Below are positions 54,416-64,000 of a stretch of 64,000 nt of DNA, piece after piece. The notes under the pieces were generated by a model. It was not told the origin of the DNA. It saw nothing but the letters and a program-made list of their open reading frames with translations, and searched no databases. Source of the stretch: Tetramitus jugosus (Eukaryota > Protista > Heterolobosea); the NCBI GenBank assembly GCA_937625935.1, contig OW569368.1, forward strand, positions 186,001 to 250,000. The letters are read 5' to 3'. The first letter of the stretch is position 1. The number at the start of each line of letters is the position of its first letter. Both the position numbers and the translations under genes were made by a program.

Positions 54416-56647
54416 ATGTCATCGACAATTTCTTATGATGAATCCTCTCTCACACCATTCCAAAAGGAAAGAATATCAAAGCTCAAAGAGTTCCGTCTCA
54501 AGGGCATTCTGACATCCAAGGATTTTGATAGAAAGTTGTCCGAAGTGTTGAAAACAACATCTGGTCCTACGACTAGTACTTCAGCGACCACCCCAGCAAC
54601 TACAACTACCACTACTACCGCACCAACCCGATCAGCTCCGACATCTGCTCCGACAAGACGGCCAATTACACCAAGATCTTCAACAACTACAACAACACCT
54701 GCTGTTCACACTCCTGTTCCTGTCCCTGTGACAACAACAATTACTACTACAACCACAAGTACTGCAAAAACAACAAGTGCACCAGTAGCTCCTGTGATCA
54801 ATAAGGCTCCACCAGTGAATGCAACAAATGTGTCATCTCCACCACATCCACCGCCACCTCCACCATCATCGTCAGTAACGACTCCTCCACCTGCACCAAA
54901 AGCACAGCACCAAGTTCTTGATACGCAGAAAGTATCTGTAAAGAAGGAGGAAGTGAACCCAAGGGGCAATCTGTTGGAGAGTATTCGAGCTGGAGCTGCG
55001 CTGAAAAAAGTGAACTCTAACCCTCCAGCACCAACAGTAGTGGAGAAGAAACCAGCGATCGCGATGCCAAAAGCGACTGCGACAACGACAAAAACTGCGA
55101 CGACAAATGTTGCTCCAGTTTCTTCCACAGCTACAACAACATCATCCAAGGTGGCTACTGTTGAAAAGACTGTATCATCATCACAGTCTCCAACATCGCC
55201 TACCTCGCCTACATCTCCAAAATCACCCAACGCAGCAGTTAGTCTTGTTGTTCAACAAAAACTGTCAAAGGCAACCGACTATTTCCAACAGGCATCAGCT
55301 GCCATGTCTAGCAGAAATATGAACAAGGCAATTCAATTGTTCACAGATTGTATTGGTGTGCTTGAAAAGGATGGTAAAAGTAGTCGAGAGCTTTTGCTCC
55401 AAATGAAATCTCTATTAGCCAGAGGTGTTTGTTATCATTCATCGAAGCAATTTCATCTTGCAGTTAACGATTTTTCCAAGAATATTGAAGCTTACAGGTC
55501 AAATTCCAGTGTTTTCGAAAGCGACTCTGCGATTGCTGCTAACGATGCAAGCTTACTCATGTTGAGATCTCACATGTCAAGAGGCAACTCCTATGACAGT
55601 TTGAGTCAGTTCTCTGATGCAGTGAATGACTTTACAGTGTTCATTGATCTGTTTATACCGAGTGAAGATGAGAGTGATGAACAGTTGGTGAACTCTGCTT
55701 CACTTTACTCTGCTTATCACAATAGAGGTTACGCCTTCTCAGCTTTGGGTGATGACAGCAAGGCAATTGATGATTTTTCAAGCGCGATTCAACAGTTTGA
55801 GAGAGTGAAGAACAAGTCAGACACCGTCAAGAACAATAGTGTCATTATTGACACATATTTCCAAAGAGGTAAAGCGTATGAAATGGTGGACAGAGTGAGC
55901 GATGCAATGAAAGACTACATGACTGTTGCTCAATATAGTCCTAATCATCACAAGTGTCACTTCAGAATTGGACAAATTGCTTATTATAACAATGATTATG
56001 CACAAGCCAAGAAGAGCTTTGACAAAGTGATCGATAGTAGTCCATCTGATTGGCAATCAATCTTCAACAGAGCTCAATGTAACAAATTTTTGTCTAACTT
56101 TGATGAAGCCATTGAAGATTTTAAGAGGACAATATCTGCGAAGCCATCTTTCTCAAAGGCCTATATTGAACTGGCTCGATTGTTGCAACGAACAAATACC
56201 GGTAGCTCAGAACAATTGGTCCAACTATACAATGATGGTATCAAACGAGCTCTGAGTGGAGAGGAAGAGAAGCCAAGCAATTCTGTTCTCTTCTCCATGT
56301 ACTTTGAAAGATCACTCGTACTCTCTGAAGTTGATCCAGAGAAAGCAATTGAAGATTTGGATCAGTGCATCATGATTGACCCCTCGAGTATCGACGCTTA
56401 TTGCAACAGGGGACTCGTCTATTATCAAAAGTTGAAGAAGTACAAGGAGGCGATTGGAAACTTTAATGTCGTTCTCGAACACAATCCAAAAGATGAGGCA
56501 ACCCTGCTTGACAGAGGATTTGCCCTTGCACGATCATCAGAGTTTGAGAAGGCCCTTGTTGATTTCACACAAGTACTCAAGCTTGATCCAGAGAACTCTG
56601 CCGCTCTCAAGGGAAAGACCTTCTGTGAACAACAATTGCAGCAATAA
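54416..56647 (+). CDS. SHOCT - Pro/Thr-rich - WH2 - TPR-repeat protein
   Basis: 'ERISKLKEFRLKGILTSKDFDRKLSEVL' (SHOCT-like); 'RGNLLESIRAGAALKKV' (WH2); about 9-10 TPRs such as 'AYHNRGYAFSALGDDSKAIDDFSSAI'. Confidence 0.8.
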   Translation: MSSTISYDESSLTPFQKERISKLKEFRLKGILTSKDFDRKLSEVLKTTSGPTTSTSATTPATTTTTTTAPTRSAPTSAPTRRPITPRSSTTTTTPAVHTPVPVPVTTTITTTTTSTAKTTSAPVAPVINKAPPVNATNVSSPPHPPPPPPSSSVTTPPPAPKAQHQVLDTQKVSVKKEEVNPRGNLLESIRAGAALKKVNSNPPAPTVVEKKPAIAMPKATATTTKTATTNVAPVSSTATTTSSKVATVEKTVSSSQSPTSPTSPTSPKSPNAAVSLVVQQKLSKATDYFQQASAAMSSRNMNKAIQLFTDCIGVLEKDGKSSRELLLQMKSLLARGVCYHSSKQFHLAVNDFSKNIEAYRSNSSVFESDSAIAANDASLLMLRSHMSRGNSYDSLSQFSDAVNDFTVFIDLFIPSEDESDEQLVNSASLYSAYHNRGYAFSALGDDSKAIDDFSSAIQQFERVKNKSDTVKNNSVIIDTYFQRGKAYEMVDRVSDAMKDYMTVAQYSPNHHKCHFRIGQIAYYNNDYAQAKKSFDKVIDSSPSDWQSIFNRAQCNKFLSNFDEAIEDFKRTISAKPSFSKAYIELARLLQRTNTGSSEQLVQLYNDGIKRALSGEEEKPSNSVLFSMYFERSLVLSEVDPEKAIEDLDQCIMIDPSSIDAYCNRGLVYYQKLKKYKEAIGNFNVVLEHNPKDEATLLDRGFALARSSEFEKALVDFTQVLKLDPENSAALKGKTFCEQQLQQ

Positions 56648-57090
56648 CTTTTTGGTTGGCCGCTACCAATTAAAAATTTTCGAAACATCAAGTTGGGCAT
56701 GCACACAACTGAATTTGAGCAAACGAGCGACCCCGCCTTCGCACGTCACCTGTCGCATTCCCACCAGACAAATTATCGGGACACAGCAATCAGATGTTTT
56801 TTTTTCTTGACAAGAGAGCTGAACACAAGATAGAATTAACACCCCTACACACACACACAGAGCAAGCACACCCTCCCAATTTTCCATTCTTGTGATTGTT
56901 TCATTCTGATTGGCGTCAGTACGAAACCCCAATTCTCCCACTTGACACCACCACCACAACAAACAACAAACAACAACAACATTGACAGAAAAATCACACA
57001 CATCACCATTTTCATCAAATACTTTCGTTTCGATTGACTACTGCTCGATTTTTGTATACTAAAAGTTTTATCACCAACGTCATCATCATC

Positions 57091-60000
57091 ATGAGTCAAT
57101 CTCCCACAACACCTACAACACCTACATCGTCACATGCCATCAACATTTTCAACAGAAAGAGTACTGGTGGTGGTAGTGGTACCTATTCACCACTGTCATC
57201 TTCTCCATCATCACCACGTTCTTCTTCCAGTGGTGGTGTCAAAGTACCTGCAATCGTCAAGAGAAATAGTACTTCCTTTATGATGACGAATAACAACAAT
57301 AACAATAACAATATTGAAAACAATATTATGGCTGCTACTGCAGTGAATGCAGCACCAGTGAGATTTCGATTTCAGAACGGTAGACCACACAGTGGTGAGA
57401 TGAGTGCAAAATTGTCACCTTCGCAGCGCAACAGTCTATCCTCTTCATCGCCATCCTCTCAAGGCAACAATCGAAATTCTGATCCAGTACTCTCACAGTC
57501 GCTCAACATGCTGAGTAGTTCTCCACCTGTAACGACAAGTACAAGTACAAACACTGCGACAATGACATCGAGTGAGAGAACAGAGAGACAAGTGAGCATA
57601 CGACACAATCAAAATCAGAAAAATAGACATGTAGTGCTAGTTTCTGCCTCAACAGCGACACCAACCACACCCAGCACAGCTTCGACGATATCCACAACAC
57701 CTAACTCATCATCATCATCAATACAAAAAAATCAACAGAGCAGCTTGCAGCGCGATTTACAGAGGTATAATTCTTCCGCGCGATTTTCTTCAGTCATTTG
57801 GCGATCTTCTCCGTACAAGCCTCCAGCTCAACAGCTCAACCACAACCACAATAGCAATGCTCAACAATCTACATGTAACACTAACGATAATAATAATAAT
57901 AACAACAACAACAATATGAACAATGATATCAGCAACGATAATCAACAAACAAATGCAAATGGCACAAAATCATTGAGCTCTGTCATTCAATCAATGAAAA
58001 CTAGGAACCAAAAACAATACATTGACCAAACTACTACTACTTTGAATCATAACAACTATAGCAACTTGGCAAACAACAGTGGTAAGAAGAACAATGGTAG
58101 TTATACGATTCATTTACGGTCGGGATCCAGTGGAGTCTCACCTACCAATGAACAAGGTGTAGAAGATCAGTTTGGCATGTTTGAGTTTAGTGATGATTTC
58201 CAAATTCAGTCTGTTGAGATCAAGGCTGCTCCACAATACTTTACAGGGAAGGAAGAATCTGCTGATTCTGCAATACAAACGCCCAAGAAATCAACCGCCG
58301 TGTCGAAACGACCCATTAATTTGCAACAACACCACAATGATAGAAAGTTTAGTGTGATGAGACCGATTGGCTTCTCATCTCCCATGACCTCTCAATCATT
58401 GAATACTGGTGTGGGTGCGACTGGTGGTGGTAGTGGTGCCGGTGGAACTAATCGAAATGGAGATGACTCGGAAGCTGATTCGATCAATATATTGTATCAA
58501 CACTTTTTGCAACAATCTATTCTCAAGGAGAGACAATTGTTGAGTCAACAACAGGAACAATTGATGAAGATGAAGTCGTTGAAGTCGCAGGAGCTGGCAG
58601 TGACATCATCCGAGACGAATAGAACTAGGAAGAGATCGTTTTCAATGTATGATCACGATCAATATAAGACCAAGGAGAACATGAAGAGTGAGTTGAGCGA
58701 TTTGATTGCGAGATTAAACGATTTTGAAAACAAGGTGCGAGGTATGGTTCTAGTCACAACGATTCAATCCTCTGATTCAAAAATCATGGAGCGAACCACG
58801 CAGCTAGAGTCGCTGAGAATGCACGAGACTGGTTCGACTGCATTCTTCTTGATGAATAGTACAACGGCTGTTGGAGATCATGAGTATTCATCTCCTTCAG
58901 CCATAGAGAATAGTTCCATGTTGTTCCACAACGATGAAGACAATGACAAGATTACTATAATCAAGGTTGATCTGACAGCTGGTGTAATCAGGGAAGAAGT
59001 AGTTACAAATAATCCATCGGCACTTGTTGACAGTGATAAAGATGGAGACAATGAGGACAGTGATGACGATGACATGAACGAAGATAAGGAAGAAGATGAT
59101 ATTCGAATGGAGTTTGATGAAGAAGTGAGTGGTTCTGATGCAACAGATGTAGATGTCTCCGGAGAGGAGAACTTTTTGTTAAACGTGAATCCATCAGACA
59201 AATTAGAGTTTATTCACTTGGATGGGTTGTTGGAGAATTGTCTTGTTCCCTTGGCTTTCCGAAGTCAGGCATTGCAACATGATGAATTACTTGGAGAGGC
59301 CAGAATCGCAAATGCTCATAGGGAAGATTATAAATTCTATGTACAAGTGCTATCCACCAGTATCTCAACAATTTTGCACATACACTCGGTTGATGTAGTT
59401 ATACAGAAAATAGAAAACATATTGAAGACCTGGGAGTCGAGAAACGAAACTGATTTGATTCATGAAGTTGTGATCAACCGGGCTCTTGTACTGGTGGGTG
59501 AGTGGGTCTTTTATGGATCGTACCTGTTTCCAGTTGATTTTCTCGCACGTCTTCTCAATGTTATCGAGCCATATCTGAGACAACCTCAGTATATCGGATC
59601 CAGTACCGAACTTGTGCAACGATTATTCAAATTACGACATATTCTCTATTTGAGAGAGCAAGCACAAGAGAATATTTTGAAATCCATTGGCAACACGCCA
59701 CGACTGAATATTTTGAGAATTGATATGCTCAAATTGAGCATGGAGTTAACGTTGATTGAGTATGATCTGTTTCAAATGGTACAACCACACGAGTTTTTCG
59801 CTTCATCTTGGATGAAGGGTGATAAGCTCACGATTGCACCCAATTTGACTGCAATAATTCAGTGCTACAATTTAGTGTCTCAATGGGTGGTGGAAACAAT
59901 TTTGAATCACAAGGATGTCAATGAGCGCTACAAAGTGTTGTGTCGATTCATTTCTCTGGCTTGGAACTGTGTTTCTGTACGAAACTACAATACCTGTTTT

Positions 60001-60468
60001 GCTATTATATCAGGACTGTATACTACACCTATTCATCGTTTGAAGAAAACATGGGCCATGCTGAACGAAGATTACACCAAACTTGTTGAAAAACTAATGT
60101 TCATCTCAAACGTTTCAGCCAATTACAAGAACTATAGAAACGAGCTGCTCAAGGCCAAAACACCTTGCATACCGAATATTGCTGTTCATTTGAAAGACTT
60201 TGCATCGCTGGATGATGCTCAGGTCGATGAGCGGGAGGATTGCCCAGGAATGTTGAACATTTCCAAGAGACATGCCATGGCAGTGCTTGTACGTTCTCTT
60301 TTGAGATATCAACAATATCCGTTTTCTTTCAAGAGTAATAGCAGTCTTCGGGATTTGGTTTGGAACGAACTATTGACCCTCATCAATCCGTCTGAAACAG
60401 TGAAGGCAAGATCATCGCGCCACCTTGAGCTATCACGCGAGATTGAACCACCACCCAAGAAGAAATAA
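57091..60468 (+). CDS. Ras guanine-nucleotide exchange factor (CDC25 domain)
   Basis: 'LSMELTLIEYDLFQMVQPHEF', 'NLVSQWVVETIL', 'NYNTCFAIISGL...IHRLKKTW', 'NYKNYR', 'PCIP'. Confidence 0.92.
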   Translation: MSQSPTTPTTPTSSHAINIFNRKSTGGGSGTYSPLSSSPSSPRSSSSGGVKVPAIVKRNSTSFMMTNNNNNNNNIENNIMAATAVNAAPVRFRFQNGRPHSGEMSAKLSPSQRNSLSSSSPSSQGNNRNSDPVLSQSLNMLSSSPPVTTSTSTNTATMTSSERTERQVSIRHNQNQKNRHVVLVSASTATPTTPSTASTISTTPNSSSSSIQKNQQSSLQRDLQRYNSSARFSSVIWRSSPYKPPAQQLNHNHNSNAQQSTCNTNDNNNNNNNNNMNNDISNDNQQTNANGTKSLSSVIQSMKTRNQKQYIDQTTTTLNHNNYSNLANNSGKKNNGSYTIHLRSGSSGVSPTNEQGVEDQFGMFEFSDDFQIQSVEIKAAPQYFTGKEESADSAIQTPKKSTAVSKRPINLQQHHNDRKFSVMRPIGFSSPMTSQSLNTGVGATGGGSGAGGTNRNGDDSEADSINILYQHFLQQSILKERQLLSQQQEQLMKMKSLKSQELAVTSSETNRTRKRSFSMYDHDQYKTKENMKSELSDLIARLNDFENKVRGMVLVTTIQSSDSKIMERTTQLESLRMHETGSTAFFLMNSTTAVGDHEYSSPSAIENSSMLFHNDEDNDKITIIKVDLTAGVIREEVVTNNPSALVDSDKDGDNEDSDDDDMNEDKEEDDIRMEFDEEVSGSDATDVDVSGEENFLLNVNPSDKLEFIHLDGLLENCLVPLAFRSQALQHDELLGEARIANAHREDYKFYVQVLSTSISTILHIHSVDVVIQKIENILKTWESRNETDLIHEVVINRALVLVGEWVFYGSYLFPVDFLARLLNVIEPYLRQPQYIGSSTELVQRLFKLRHILYLREQAQENILKSIGNTPRLNILRIDMLKLSMELTLIEYDLFQMVQPHEFFASSWMKGDKLTIAPNLTAIIQCYNLVSQWVVETILNHKDVNERYKVLCRFISLAWNCVSVRNYNTCFAIISGLYTTPIHRLKKTWAMLNEDYTKLVEKLMFISNVSANYKNYRNELLKAKTPCIPNIAVHLKDFASLDDAQVDEREDCPGMLNISKRHAMAVLVRSLLRYQQYPFSFKSNSSLRDLVWNELLTLINPSETVKARSSRHLELSREIEPPPKKK

Positions 60469-60840
60469 AACATTTGTCTAATGAGTAACGTCAGCTTCTC
60501 TTTCAGATTTGATGTGGCTAGCACTTTTGCTGATAGGAGAAGCTTCAAGTAGCTTCAACATTAAATGAGAGGAGACCATGTTGTATCACAAAAATTTCCA
60601 GTCATAGCTCATGTTAGAGCCCGACTGAACGGTCAGTGGTTCAGACATTTCCCCATGCTCAAAGGTGGGTGACCACCGGCGAGGGACCATCTCTCATTTC
60701 CTCTAGCTGCGGAATTGGTGCAGTTGTAACAATTTCCGTTGAGACTGTCTGTAGTCCCCTTTACAACGGCAACGGCCATCTACCTCGGTTTAAAAAGTGC
60801 TGTCTTTTTCTCTGTTGATTTTTCAAAAACCAAACACAAC

Positions 60841-61374
60841 ATGACTCAACCAAATTTCAACAACTTAAGCCACCACCTCAAGGGTGTTATCAATGAAGTG
60901 CGACACTTGGACAACTATTCCAATCATCTGATGAACCAGGAACAAAATGTTGCAAACATGATCATTGCTGCATTGACCGCTCCCACAGGACCACTCACTG
61001 CTCTGAACAACCAATTAAACGGCCTTCAAACAACAGTGAATAACATTCAGACAACAGTGAACAACATTGAGACAACAGTGAATAACATTCAAACAACAGT
61101 GAACAATCATACAATTCAATTGAGTCGCTTGGAAATTGAAATGGCCCGTAACTCAAATGCAACCAAAGGTGTAGGCATCCCCAACCAGTTCACCAGTGTA
61201 CCTAATACACTTGGACAACTACCGCCCATCCAATTGGCCACCCTTCACGATTTAACTAACTTGACTGGACCTCAAGCCACTGACTTGTGTAATTTCTATG
61301 GAATTACTCCTATACCAGCCCTCATTGTAGATCAACAGGCGGCAATTGCCCAACATTGTGGTATCCGTCTATAA
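60841..61374 (+). CDS. Heptad-repeat coiled-coil protein with Mug135/DUF1773-like C-terminal domain
   Basis: ATG 60841; (Q/E)TTVNNI heptads; C-terminus 'LPPIQLATLHDLTNLTGPQATDLCNFYGI...AAIAQHCGI'. Confidence 0.6.
   Translation: MTQPNFNNLSHHLKGVINEVRHLDNYSNHLMNQEQNVANMIIAALTAPTGPLTALNNQLNGLQTTVNNIQTTVNNIETTVNNIQTTVNNHTIQLSRLEIEMARNSNATKGVGIPNQFTSVPNTLGQLPPIQLATLHDLTNLTGPQATDLCNFYGITPIPALIVDQQAAIAQHCGIRL
61027..61110 (+). repeat. 21-bp coding tandem repeat x4 (caracaacagtgaayaacatt-like)
   Basis: QTTVNNI-QTTVNNI-ETTVNNI-QTTVNNH at near-identical DNA level. Confidence 0.9.
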
Positions 61375-61528
61375 TCAGCTGTATGTTGGATTTTGAGGCA
61401 CACATTGTTTGCACGTCGAAAGGTGAGGATTGTTTCGAATTTGCAATACACAATAAATGGGGAAAATGCTTCTCCTTGAAGAAAATTGTTCATATCTTGG
61501 TTGTTCCTTGGTGCAAGACAAAAAAAAC

Positions 61529-63454
61529 ATGAGCAGCAATAGAGTAAATGTTATTGATCACCTGCCTGATGATGCCTGGTCCTACATTCTGTCCTTCTTG
61601 AAAGTGAAGCACATTATTCACAGAGTCAATCTCGTGAACAAACACCTGCACTCACTCATTACATGCAATGGTTTCTCGACAAACCAACTCTGGAAACATG
61701 TTTGTCAACATCAGCGAGTCACACTTGTGATTCCAGGGTACAACACCCCTGAGTACCCGGAGGCATCACTGTCGGTATTGCCAGGGATGGGTATTCCAAA
61801 GTTTACACTCGATAGATCGAGTAGCGATAGTTCAGTGGACGAACGCTGGCAACAAGCACTTGTGGATAAGCAATATTTCATTGATTACATGAGGGCAATA
61901 TCACCAATGGTGGAGGACTTGCGTATTGTTTGCCAGACCCCTTATCTCGCACTGAAAGTGGAAACAGTTGGTGAAAACGTGATGGAGATGTTTGATTTCG
62001 GCTGGAAGCCGTTTGAATTTTCAGACAGCGAGGAGTTGATCGAAAAGAATGAGGAGTTGAACAAGAAGCTGAATGCCTTACAGTTTCCACAACTTTCGAA
62101 TCTCTATTGGCGATTTTGTGACGCTTTTGAGTTGCATTCCATCTTTTTCAAAGATGGCAATTGTAGTCAGTATCGACAATTACCTTTGGTAGATCCAAGA
62201 TTCATTAACTTGGAATCGCTTAACATCAATGGGAAGAATAGCGAGTATTTAACTACAACTCTTTTGAACAACCAGAATACACTGAAGCATTTCGCAATGA
62301 TTCCATTTGCTTACAAGAATAGTAAGAAAAAAGTATTAGATATCTTGAGTTCGTGTCCAAAAATGAGCTTGGGAAATATGAATTGTATCTATACACCTCC
62401 CTGCTTTATTTCTCTGAAATCCTTGAATCTTCGTGCTACATATAACTCAATCATTGCGCTGCTCTCTGTGGAGTTTCCACAACTAACTCGATTGTGTATT
62501 CATGTTGACTGGAGTACCGATCGCAATAGTGATGCAGCTGGGATTAAGCCGCTTCGTTCCCTTGAGTATTTCAAGTTCTCTGATTCTGGTGTTGGTGCGA
62601 ATGCTCATCTATTGTTTGAAGCTATCAATCAAGATTTAAAGGAGTTGGTCGTACGTGACTACACTTACGATGGAAGTCTCTCTGATGTGATTGCGCGCGG
62701 TATAAATCATCTAACTAATATCGAGCAGGCTACGCTAAGACTTTTCTGGAAGTGTGAGGAGTTGGAGGTATTCTTGAAACAGAATGTCAATATGCATACA
62801 CTAACATTGAATCGCTATTCCCCTGCTATTCCTAAGTTGGTACAGCTCACTTCCCAACTCAAGAATTTGAATCTGGACTATGATGTCACTCCTGATGACT
62901 TTAAGTTACTACTTTCGAGTCTCCCATTTCTGAAACAGTTGAAAGTAACTACAAAAATGTCATTCGCGACAGTGTCATCCATTTTGGCAGAACACACTGC
63001 TACCAGTGTCAGAAACTTCGAAGTTCGATCTAGAGCAGCGAGCATCATCCAGTCCTCTATGAGTTATCCAACCGGGAGCATACATCAGTTACCTGCTCTA
63101 GACAAGTTACTTCTTGAGGTTGCATGTGGGACAATGAATGATTGGATTCTACTGATTCTCGCTTCTCATCAAGTGAAGTCAATTAAAATCCGATTGTATG
63201 ATCGTTGGGACGGTAATGTTAGTTATGTTACTTCAGTTCTACCTCTATCGGACATAATCAGAAGAGTTCAGACAGCACTGGTTCAAACTATTCCATCCGA
63301 CGCGTTGTTGATTCCAAGAGAGGAACAGAAGGAGTTACTTCAAATCTATCAACACTTATTCACTGATGAAGTTACTCTGACCAGTAGTGTAATCAACTTC
63401 CCAGGGGTTCGTAGTTTGTTGAGAGCCTACAAGACGAGCAAACAACCACAATGA
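61529..63454 (+). CDS. F-box / leucine-rich-repeat protein
   Basis: 'IDHLPDDAWSYILSFL...VNLVNKHLHSL'; LRR units 'FPQLSNLY', 'NLESLNI', 'SLKSLNL', 'QLKNLNL'. Confidence 0.85.
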   Translation: MSSNRVNVIDHLPDDAWSYILSFLKVKHIIHRVNLVNKHLHSLITCNGFSTNQLWKHVCQHQRVTLVIPGYNTPEYPEASLSVLPGMGIPKFTLDRSSSDSSVDERWQQALVDKQYFIDYMRAISPMVEDLRIVCQTPYLALKVETVGENVMEMFDFGWKPFEFSDSEELIEKNEELNKKLNALQFPQLSNLYWRFCDAFELHSIFFKDGNCSQYRQLPLVDPRFINLESLNINGKNSEYLTTTLLNNQNTLKHFAMIPFAYKNSKKKVLDILSSCPKMSLGNMNCIYTPPCFISLKSLNLRATYNSIIALLSVEFPQLTRLCIHVDWSTDRNSDAAGIKPLRSLEYFKFSDSGVGANAHLLFEAINQDLKELVVRDYTYDGSLSDVIARGINHLTNIEQATLRLFWKCEELEVFLKQNVNMHTLTLNRYSPAIPKLVQLTSQLKNLNLDYDVTPDDFKLLLSSLPFLKQLKVTTKMSFATVSSILAEHTATSVRNFEVRSRAASIIQSSMSYPTGSIHQLPALDKLLLEVACGTMNDWILLILASHQVKSIKIRLYDRWDGNVSYVTSVLPLSDIIRRVQTALVQTIPSDALLIPREEQKELLQIYQHLFTDEVTLTSSVINFPGVRSLLRAYKTSKQPQ

Positions 63455-63685
63455 TAAAACAGTAGCGCCTGTATTTACATGTAAAATACCAATACTCCAG
63501 ATGATGACATGTTTACGAGTCAAATGTGTCAATATTTTACTCTGTTAATGAATCGTCGCTGAGGCATGGGATAATAATACAAGTTAAGTTCTATAAATAC
63601 CACGCGACAAATTTTTGAATAAAAGTGTGACCTTCTTTTATTTTCTTTCAAAACAACAAAACATTGTAAAATACAAAAAAGCAAC

Positions 63686-63967
63686 ATGGTAGAAAAGAAT
63701 AACGCTGTCGATGAAGCAAAGGACCAAGTCAAGACTCGTGCTGGAGCCATCAAGGAACACATGTCGAATCCTGAATGGAAGAGTAACAAAGGTGAGAATG
63801 TAGTGGGTGACTTAACAAAGAGCAAGACCGATGTCAAGACTGATCAAGCACAAGAAGGTTGGAAGAACACTGGTATCGATGCTTATGAGTCAGTGAAGGA
63901 ATCTGTGTCCGAAGCAGCAATCAATGTTCGGGACTGGGTAACTGGAAACACTGAACAAAAGAAATAA
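63686..63967 (+). CDS. Small hydrophilic LEA-like stress protein
   Basis: 93 aa, A/K/E/D/T-rich amphipathic segments ('AVDEAKDQVK', 'AYESVKESVSEAA'). Confidence 0.55.
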   Translation: MVEKNNAVDEAKDQVKTRAGAIKEHMSNPEWKSNKGENVVGDLTKSKTDVKTDQAQEGWKNTGIDAYESVKESVSEAAINVRDWVTGNTEQKK

Positions 63968-63969
63968 AC

Positions 63970-64000
63970 GCTCACACGCACCCAAATTGAGTTGGCAGTA
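63970..64000 (-). repeat. Second (edge-truncated) copy of the 15113-15185 hairpin element
   Basis: gctcacacgcacccaaattgagttggcagta versus gctcacacgcacccaacctgaattggcagta (15116-15146): 28/31 identical. Confidence 0.75.

Noticed and set aside
23522-59100. Numerous (AAC)n, (CAA)n, (AGT)n and (CAT)n tracts as CRISPR-like or mobile repeats
   Set aside because: They are coding trinucleotide microsatellites for Asn/Gln/Ser/His/Thr runs; no repeat-spacer structure, transposase or terminal repeats seen.
60602-60650. Intact tRNA gene
   Set aside because: Only a D-arm-like hairpin; anticodon, T and acceptor stems cannot be formed.

Overview
Gene-dense nuclear DNA of a eukaryote, using the standard code, with about 30 protein genes, many Asn/Gln/Ser/Thr low-complexity tracts and 13 short spliceosomal introns (55-212 nt, mostly GTATGT donors). 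Gene content and style suggest an intron-poor free-living protist, possibly a heterolobosean (Naegleria-like); this taxonomy is an inference. Recognisable genes: FBXO3-like (missed by the ORF track because it runs off the left edge), POLR3E/RPC5, RAD51D, a CH-domain formin, FTSJ1/TRM7, TBCD, mucolipin, class I PI3K, WDR53-like, a TPP1/Est3-like OB protein, SPO11, a Zn2Cys6-PAS factor, a START/Coq10-like protein, AOAH, TrpRS, a RasGEF and an F-box/LRR protein. The most unusual items are: (1) an F-box/ankyrin/degenerate small-GTPase/neddylation-less cullin fusion; (2) a ~700-nt densely base-paired non-coding segment (1390-2095) whose wobble pairs all favour the + strand; (3) a G·U-rich 73-nt hairpin (15113-15185, minus strand) with a second copy at the right edge, suggesting a small-RNA family; (4) several other intergenic or intronic RNA-like folds; (5) unusual cytoskeletal fusions (CH-formin, SHOCT-WH2-TPR). 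All domain calls are by eye from remembered family motifs, and all RNA folds were paired by hand; no searches or folding programs were run.
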